Shown in pieces: positions 59,301 to 64,000 of a DNA stretch of 64,000 nucleotides. Origin of the DNA: Thermoanaerobaculia bacterium (GTDB lineage: Bacteria > Acidobacteriota > Thermoanaerobaculia > UBA5066); NCBI GenBank assembly GCA_038245905.1, contig JBBRRY010000020.1, positions 1-64,000 on the forward strand, written 5' to 3'. Under the pieces are notes generated by a model. The model worked only from the letters and a program-made list of their open reading frames with translations, searched no databases and was not told the DNA's origin. Position 1 is the stretch's first letter, and each line of letters begins with the position of its first letter. A program made the position numbers and the translations under genes.

Positions 59301-60601
59301 GCACGGTGTCCGGGTTGACCGACGCGATGCGGAGCGGGGCGACCGTCATGGTGACGGGCGTCCAGGCCTTCTTCGCGAACACGAAGGTCGGCGCCGACGG
59401 GAGCTTCTCGGTCACGGGCGTGCCGGCGGGCCCGGTGACTCTCCGGGCGCAGGCGGGCGACGGCCTTGGCACGTCCCGGAGCGCGACCAAGCAGGTCACG
59501 GCGAGCGACGACCTGCCCGTTCTCCAGACGGAGATCGTCTTCGACGTCGGCTTCACGCTGAGCGGACACGTCACGCGCGCGAGCCAGCCCGTCTCGAACG
59601 CAATGGTCGTCGCGAACCTGCAGGGCGGCGGCGGCCGGCAGGCGACGACGCGCAGCGACGACGGCGGCAGCTACACGCTCTCCGGCCTGCAGGAAGGCTC
59701 GTACAGCGTCACCGCCATGGGCGATCCGCTCGCCGGCGGAGGGTCGCAGGTGCGGCAGACCGTCTCCCTGACGAGCGATCAGAGCCTCGATCTTACGTTT
59801 CCGACCGCGAAGGTCGCGGGCGTCGTCACGGACGCCGACACGAAACAGCCGTTGGCCGACGCCACCGTGTCTCTTTCTGCCACGGCTGGCACGGGCACGG
59901 TCGCGCTGCAGCGCATGGCCACCACCGACAGCAACGGTCACTTCCTGTTCACGGACATCGTGCCGCAGGCTTACACGCTCAATTCCCAGAAGACGGACTA
60001 CCAGTTCGACAAGCGCAGCCTCACGGCCGCCGAGGACGGCACCAGCGAGAACGTCTCGATCGAGCTCGCGCGTGGACAGGGAATCAGCGTGCTGGTGCGG
60101 GACGGACTCTATGGCGTGCCGATGCGCAGCGTCATCGCACGCGTCTTCGACGGAAACAAGTCCGCCGTCTTCACGGGCACGATCGCCCTCGACACGAAAG
60201 GGGCCGGCGAGATCCCGTCGCTCAAGCCGGGCAGCTACCAGGTCTTCGTGAACGCGAGCGGCTACGCGACTGTCTATCTCCAGAGCGTTTCGGCGCCCTC
60301 GCAGCAGCCCGTGCCGATCACGCTCACGCCCGGCGGCTCGGCGGACATCGCCGTCGGGCCCAAGTCCTTCGTCAAGGGCATCCTGCGCGGCACGCTGAAG
60401 ACGGCGGCGGGCGTTCCCTACCCGTACACGCTCTTCTCGACGGACGGACGCGTTTCGATCACGGCCGACGCGAGCGGGCAGACCGGCTTCAGGAGGCTCA
60501 CGAACCTCGCGCCGGGCAGCTACGTCCTGACCCTCGACAACGGCGGCGGGACGACGTTCAACATCTCCGAGGGGGGCATCACGCCGGTGCCCCTGCCGTA
60601 G
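56327..60601 (+). CDS. large secreted protein of tandem carboxypeptidase-regulatory-like (Ig/prealbumin-like) domains
   Basis: More than 10 repeats of G.V.D..G.P...A.V...T..DG.F...G.Y; signal peptide; GGAGGA SD before GTG 56327. Confidence 0.88.
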   Translation: MVKSPATFVSRIVPLVAFLVLSAPAGAGEIRGRILVSDRADRPAPGVTISTVPWETPGDEARREMKGGEPPKPVASATSGADGSFVLTIPPAEAGQEKLFRVRAEGAGIVPVLFEGVYDASEIEDLGEHTLPRGERLSGIAVDASGKAIAGAAVSLEPGVAGGDDLAYRVVTRKAVTGEDGKFQFDEASATGNRVTIEKAGLAPARETGLRAGAVPRPITVKAGDPVTGVVLGASRKPAAGALVRLESSRATTRWVETDAEGRFTIPHAPDGRGAIVVDAGEAGWGSQPDVRLPLGEGKSITIALARPAALDGKVVDDKTGRVVPRAKVFVKANGFARLARTGPDGLYHLKGVPPQTYRLSVDEARYVPWVKPDLALAPGETRRLDVAVTLGATMTGKAVDENGAPVGAARGTLTRGGENAIAGIRRMLRVGGETTAFRTRADGTFKATRLAPGDNQRLFVSHADFERATVAGLSLPSGGTKGDVTIVMRRGATISGVVRDASDQPIADVEVQVDPSVNFRGGAGGMVANFARIGGASVRPKTKTAADGTFHVTGMSVGEYALQIRKPGFANERVDPVKVTEKGAEPVVVTLGPEASIAGIVRKKNGEGAEGYIVRVGTGGRGAGGGGSPFAGTGTDLATGPDGLFVIDGLKPGQVYDLSVFGGVGLGPQKRGVVAPAANVDLLVAGTGRITGTALDARSGQPLKSFSVSYEPDRGGGGGIIRMVARGAGVQTGIGQKREFNTEDGSFALEDVPAGTWTVVVEAKGYQQARVANLVVEENGSKDQVEVKATPGVVLKGRVTDARNGRPVANASITHEAAGSGSPGGFGGVGGRGGPLAGLDGSGDLTTDAEGNFEIEGIGVGRLKITAKNPDYTDGSEVADVKETGGTVEIKLASGGSASGVVVAGNQPLPNAEVSISAAGETGFGRILGGGQTTTSDATGRFHFDHLGAGRYSVSAGMNGKSSNLAEFVLQTGDSKSDLVLSLSSGSTIQGTVSGLTDAMRSGATVMVTGVQAFFANTKVGADGSFSVTGVPAGPVTLRAQAGDGLGTSRSATKQVTASDDLPVLQTEIVFDVGFTLSGHVTRASQPVSNAMVVANLQGGGGRQATTRSDDGGSYTLSGLQEGSYSVTAMGDPLAGGGSQVRQTVSLTSDQSLDLTFPTAKVAGVVTDADTKQPLADATVSLSATAGTGTVALQRMATTDSNGHFLFTDIVPQAYTLNSQKTDYQFDKRSLTAAEDGTSENVSIELARGQGISVLVRDGLYGVPMRSVIARVFDGNKSAVFTGTIALDTKGAGEIPSLKPGSYQVFVNASGYATVYLQSVSAPSQQPVPITLTPGGSADIAVGPKSFVKGILRGTLKTAAGVPYPYTLFSTDGRVSITADASGQTGFRRLTNLAPGSYVLTLDNGGGTTFNISEGGITPVPLP

Positions 60602-60747
60602 GAGACAGAAAGAGGATTTCTTTAGTGCGAGAAGAGAAGAAATACAGATTTTCTTAGAAAGGCGGAATAGGCGAGGGCCGCGTTTCCTCCCCTTCTAAGA
60701 AAAGCGCCATAAACCGCTGCTGGGAGATCAGCCATTAAGATCTCCTC

Positions 60748-62757
60748 ATGGAAAAGCACGGGAGCAAAAAACTTCTCTTTCTCTCTCCTGTCCTCCTCGG
60801 GCTCCTGATGTTCGCCGCCGTGGCCCAGACCACCGACGCCCGGGGGAGAAAGCAGGCCCAGGCCCTCTGGCGGCCGGCCGACGGCGACGCCGCCGCCTTC
60901 GAGGCGTTCGCGCGCGTGAACACGGCGGCCGGTGCCGCGAACCGTGACGCGCTTTTCGCGCGGCTGTCGGGCGCGCTCGTCTCCCTCGACGGGCACATGC
61001 GCGAGGCGGGTCGCGAGCTGCGCATGTACGTGGACCTCGACAGCGGGCCGATTCTCGCGTTCGACGAGGTTCTCGCGGGCTACGAGCCGGGCGCGCACCT
61101 CACGGACGACCTCTTCGACAACAAGCTCGCATTCACGACGCTTCTGAACTTCCCCGTGTACACGCTCGAGGAGAAGCTGCGCCTCGGTTCGTCCTGGACG
61201 CGGCGTGAGTGGGCCGAGGCGCGCCTCGCCGACCGGTTCGCGACGCGCGTGCCCGCGAACGTGAATCTCGCGATCGCGAAGGCCCAATCGGATGCGGCCC
61301 AGTACATCGCCTCGTACAACATCTGGATGCACCACCTCGTGGACGAGAAGGGTGTCCGCCTCTTCCCGGCGAAGATGCGCCTCCTCTCTCACTGGAACCT
61401 CCGCGACGAGATCAAGTCCGACTACGAAGGCGGCGCGACGGGTGCCGCGAAGCAGCGGGTGATCCGGCGTGTCATGGAGCGCATCGTCGACCAGACGATC
61501 CCGCGCTCCGTCCTCGACAACCCGGGAGTCGACTGGAACCCGTTCACGAACGAGGTCCGTCCGGCGGCGGTCAAGGATGCGGATGTTCCCGCGAAGGAAT
61601 CGGGCGCGGCGTCCTCCGGCCCCGAGCCCGACACGCGGTACGCGACGCTTCTCGCGTGCTTCCGCGCGGTCTGCCAGGCGGACGCCTTCTCTCCAACAGC
61701 CCCAACGTTCATCGCGCGAAAGTTCGAGGAGGACCGGCAGATTCCCGAGCCGCGCGTGAAGAAGATGCTGGAAGACGTCCTCTCGTCGCCGCTCGTCCCG
61801 AAGGTCGCGGCGCTCATCGAAAAGCGTCTGGGACGGAAGCTCGTGCCCATCGACGTCTGGTATCCGGGGTTCCGTCCACAGTCCCCGAGATCCGCTGCCG
61901 AGCTCGACGCCCTCGTTCGCGCGAAGTACCCCACGCCCGAGGCCTACGCGAAGGACATTCCGAACCTCCTCGTGAAACTCGGCTTCCCGAAGGACCGCGC
62001 CGACCTCATTGCCTCGCGCATCGACGTCCATCCCGCGCGCGGCTCCGGTCATGCCGCGGGCGCCGGCCTCAAGGGCTACAAGTCGTACCTGAGGACGCGC
62101 GTCGAGAAGGAAGGCATGAACTACAAGGGCTACAACATCGCCGTCCACGAGATGGGCCACAACGTCGAGCAGACGATTTCGCTCTACGACATCGACGAGC
62201 CGCTCCTTCAGGGCGTGCCGAACACGGCGTTCACGGAAGCCCTCGCGTTCGTATTCCAGGGCCGCGACCTCGAGCTGCTCGGGCTCGCGAAGCCGTCCCC
62301 AGAGGCCCGCGCGCTGGCGGCGCTCGATGCGTTCTGGGGCGCCTACGAGATCGGCGGCGTCGCCCTCGTCGACATGGGCGTCTGGCATTTCATGTACGAC
62401 CACCCCGATGCCACGCCCGCGGAGCTAAAGGCCGCGACGATGAAGCTCGCGCGCGACGTTTGGAACCGCTACTACGGACCGGTCCTCGGCGAGAAGGACG
62501 TGACACTTCTGGCGGTCTACTCGCACATGATCGACGCGTTCCTGTACCTGCCCGACTATCCGATGGGCCACATGATCGCGTTCCAGATCGAGCGCCAGAT
62601 GGAAAAGGCGGGAACCGTCGGCCCCGAATTCGAGCGCATGGCAAAGCTCGGCAACATTGCACCGGATCTCTGGATGAAAGCGGCCACGGGCGCGCCGGTG
62701 GGGCCCGAGGCGCTTCTCGCCGAAACGGAGAAGGCGCTTTCGGCCGTTTCCCGCTGA
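60748..62757 (+). CDS. secreted gluzincin-like metallopeptidase (M3/M32-like), uncharacterised
   Basis: Signal peptide; HEMGH followed by FTEALA (third ligand); late H...Y.PDYP motif. Confidence 0.7.
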   Translation: MEKHGSKKLLFLSPVLLGLLMFAAVAQTTDARGRKQAQALWRPADGDAAAFEAFARVNTAAGAANRDALFARLSGALVSLDGHMREAGRELRMYVDLDSGPILAFDEVLAGYEPGAHLTDDLFDNKLAFTTLLNFPVYTLEEKLRLGSSWTRREWAEARLADRFATRVPANVNLAIAKAQSDAAQYIASYNIWMHHLVDEKGVRLFPAKMRLLSHWNLRDEIKSDYEGGATGAAKQRVIRRVMERIVDQTIPRSVLDNPGVDWNPFTNEVRPAAVKDADVPAKESGAASSGPEPDTRYATLLACFRAVCQADAFSPTAPTFIARKFEEDRQIPEPRVKKMLEDVLSSPLVPKVAALIEKRLGRKLVPIDVWYPGFRPQSPRSAAELDALVRAKYPTPEAYAKDIPNLLVKLGFPKDRADLIASRIDVHPARGSGHAAGAGLKGYKSYLRTRVEKEGMNYKGYNIAVHEMGHNVEQTISLYDIDEPLLQGVPNTAFTEALAFVFQGRDLELLGLAKPSPEARALAALDAFWGAYEIGGVALVDMGVWHFMYDHPDATPAELKAATMKLARDVWNRYYGPVLGEKDVTLLAVYSHMIDAFLYLPDYPMGHMIAFQIERQMEKAGTVGPEFERMAKLGNIAPDLWMKAATGAPVGPEALLAETEKALSAVSR

Positions 62758-62816
62758 GGGAATCCCGGAGGAAACCCGAAGGAAACTCGAAGCCCGTGGC
62801 GCCGTATAGTTCCGGC

Positions 62817-64000
62817 ATGAGAAAGACTTCCTCGGCGGCGATCGTCACGGCGCTTCTCGCGGCTTCTGCGGCCGCTTTTGGCTCATCTCCCGCCTCCACG
62901 GCGAAAGAGGTTCTCCCGTTCATCGCGGACGACTACCCGAAGGCGCTCGCGGCCGCACGCGCCGAGAAGAAGCCGATCTTCCTGGAGACCTGGGCGCCCT
63001 GGTGACACACGTGCCGCTCCATGAGGGCCTTCGTCTTCACGGACAAGGCGCTCGGGCGGCAGGCCGGACGGTTCGTCTGGCTCTCCATCAACACCGAAAA
63101 GCGCGAGAACGCCGCCGTGCTCGCGAAATACCCGATTCAGGCCTCGCCGACTCTGTTCGTCATCGATCCCGTGGCCGAGAAGGTCGTCCTCAAGTACGTG
63201 GGCGGCGCCACTGTGACGCAGCTCCAGCGAATCCTCGACGACGGCGCGCGCGCCGCGAGCCGCTCCAACCGCGCCATCAAGCCCGACGAGCTCCTCGCGA
63301 AAGCCGACGCGCTCAACTCGGCGGGTAAGGACAAGGAAGCGGCCGAGGCCTACCGCGCCGTGCTCGCGAAAATGTCGGTGACGTCGCCGTCGTACGCGCG
63401 CACGGTCGAGTCGCTCCTCTTCGCCCTCTCGTCGAGCAAGCAGCCCGAAGTCTGCGCGGCCGTCGCCAAGGACGCGTTCCCGCACCTGCGCACCTCGCCC
63501 TCCGCCGCGAATGTCGCGGGCTCGGGCCTCGACTGCGCGCTCGCGATGGAGAAGACCATCCCGTCGAGGGCCGCGCTTGTCTCGGTCCTTGCGGAAGACG
63601 CGAGAGAGGTTCTCCGGGGGCCGCGCACGGGCCTCGCGGTCGACGACGTCTCGGGCCTTTACCTGACGGTCGCGGAAGAGCGGGATTCGGCCAGCGACGC
63701 GGCCGGCAAGAAAAGGGTCCTCGAGGATTTGGCCGCGTATCTCGAGGGTGAAGCTGCGAAGGGCAAGACCCCCGAAGCCCGGGCGGCGTTCGACCCGCAC
63801 CGCATCACGGCGTATCTCGCGCTGGGCCAGCCCGAGCGCGGGATCCCGATGCTCGAGGCCTCCGAGCGGGATTTTCCCGACGACTACAACCCGCCCGCGC
63901 GCCTCGCGCTCGCCTACCGCGGCATGAAGAGATACGACGAGGCCCTCGCCGCCTCCGACCGCGCGCTCCTTCTGGCATACGGTCCCCGGAAGCTCGTGAT
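62817..64000 (+). CDS. thioredoxin-fold + TPR protein with in-frame TGA (putative selenocysteine, UxxC); 3'-partial
   Basis: Signal peptide, then [36 protein letters not shown]...FVWLSINTEK...YPIQASPTLFVID, continuing in frame into TPR-like helices to the window end. Confidence 0.85.
63023..63053 (+). promoter_or_regulatory. candidate bacterial SECIS hairpin
   Basis: GAG-G-GCCTT-C-GTC[TTCACG]GAC-AAGGC-G-CTC; the loop starts 30 nt after the TGA at 63003-63005. Confidence 0.45.

Noticed and set aside
63003-63005. Genome-wide TGA reassignment (Trp or Gly) as the explanation for the in-frame TGA
   Set aside because: TGA terminates many genes at the expected ends (tpiA, mscL, the TBDR), and this position aligns with Cys.
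1-64000. CRISPR array, tRNA/rRNA, IS or integrase
   Set aside because: I saw no regularly spaced nucleotide repeats, RNA gene signatures or transposase/recombinase motifs by eye. The repeats present are protein-level.

Overview
High-GC bacterial window whose gene repertoire suggests Acidobacteriota, probably Thermoanaerobaculia-like (inferred from an Oar-type TonB-dependent receptor, four Hanks-type Ser/Thr kinases, and many carboxypeptidase-regulatory-domain and TPR proteins). The left ~19 kb looks accessory and partly decayed: xfp-fba-tpiA-nhaP, a broken ppk2, an N-ATPase gamma remnant, a TBDR/kinase/LuxR/hydrolase block and a frameshifted YfhO-like gene. The rest holds signalling, envelope and housekeeping genes. 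I found no rRNA, tRNA, CRISPR array or transposase. Four observations stand out. (1) A secreted thioredoxin-TPR gene has an in-frame TGA at the catalytic Cys position (WAPW-U-HTC) with a hairpin downstream, so it is a likely selenoprotein missed by the ORF track. (2) Two independent copies of a kinase-TM-TolB-like-TPR gene each lie directly upstream of a homologous small 'DP' beta-protein. (3) A ~230-aa C-terminal module occurs five times on three unrelated secreted proteins and is a candidate lineage-specific sorting or anchoring domain. (4) Further signalling pairs are an ECF sigma with a soluble ZAS-TPR anti-sigma, and a heme-c HAMP sensor with no output domain next to a kinase.
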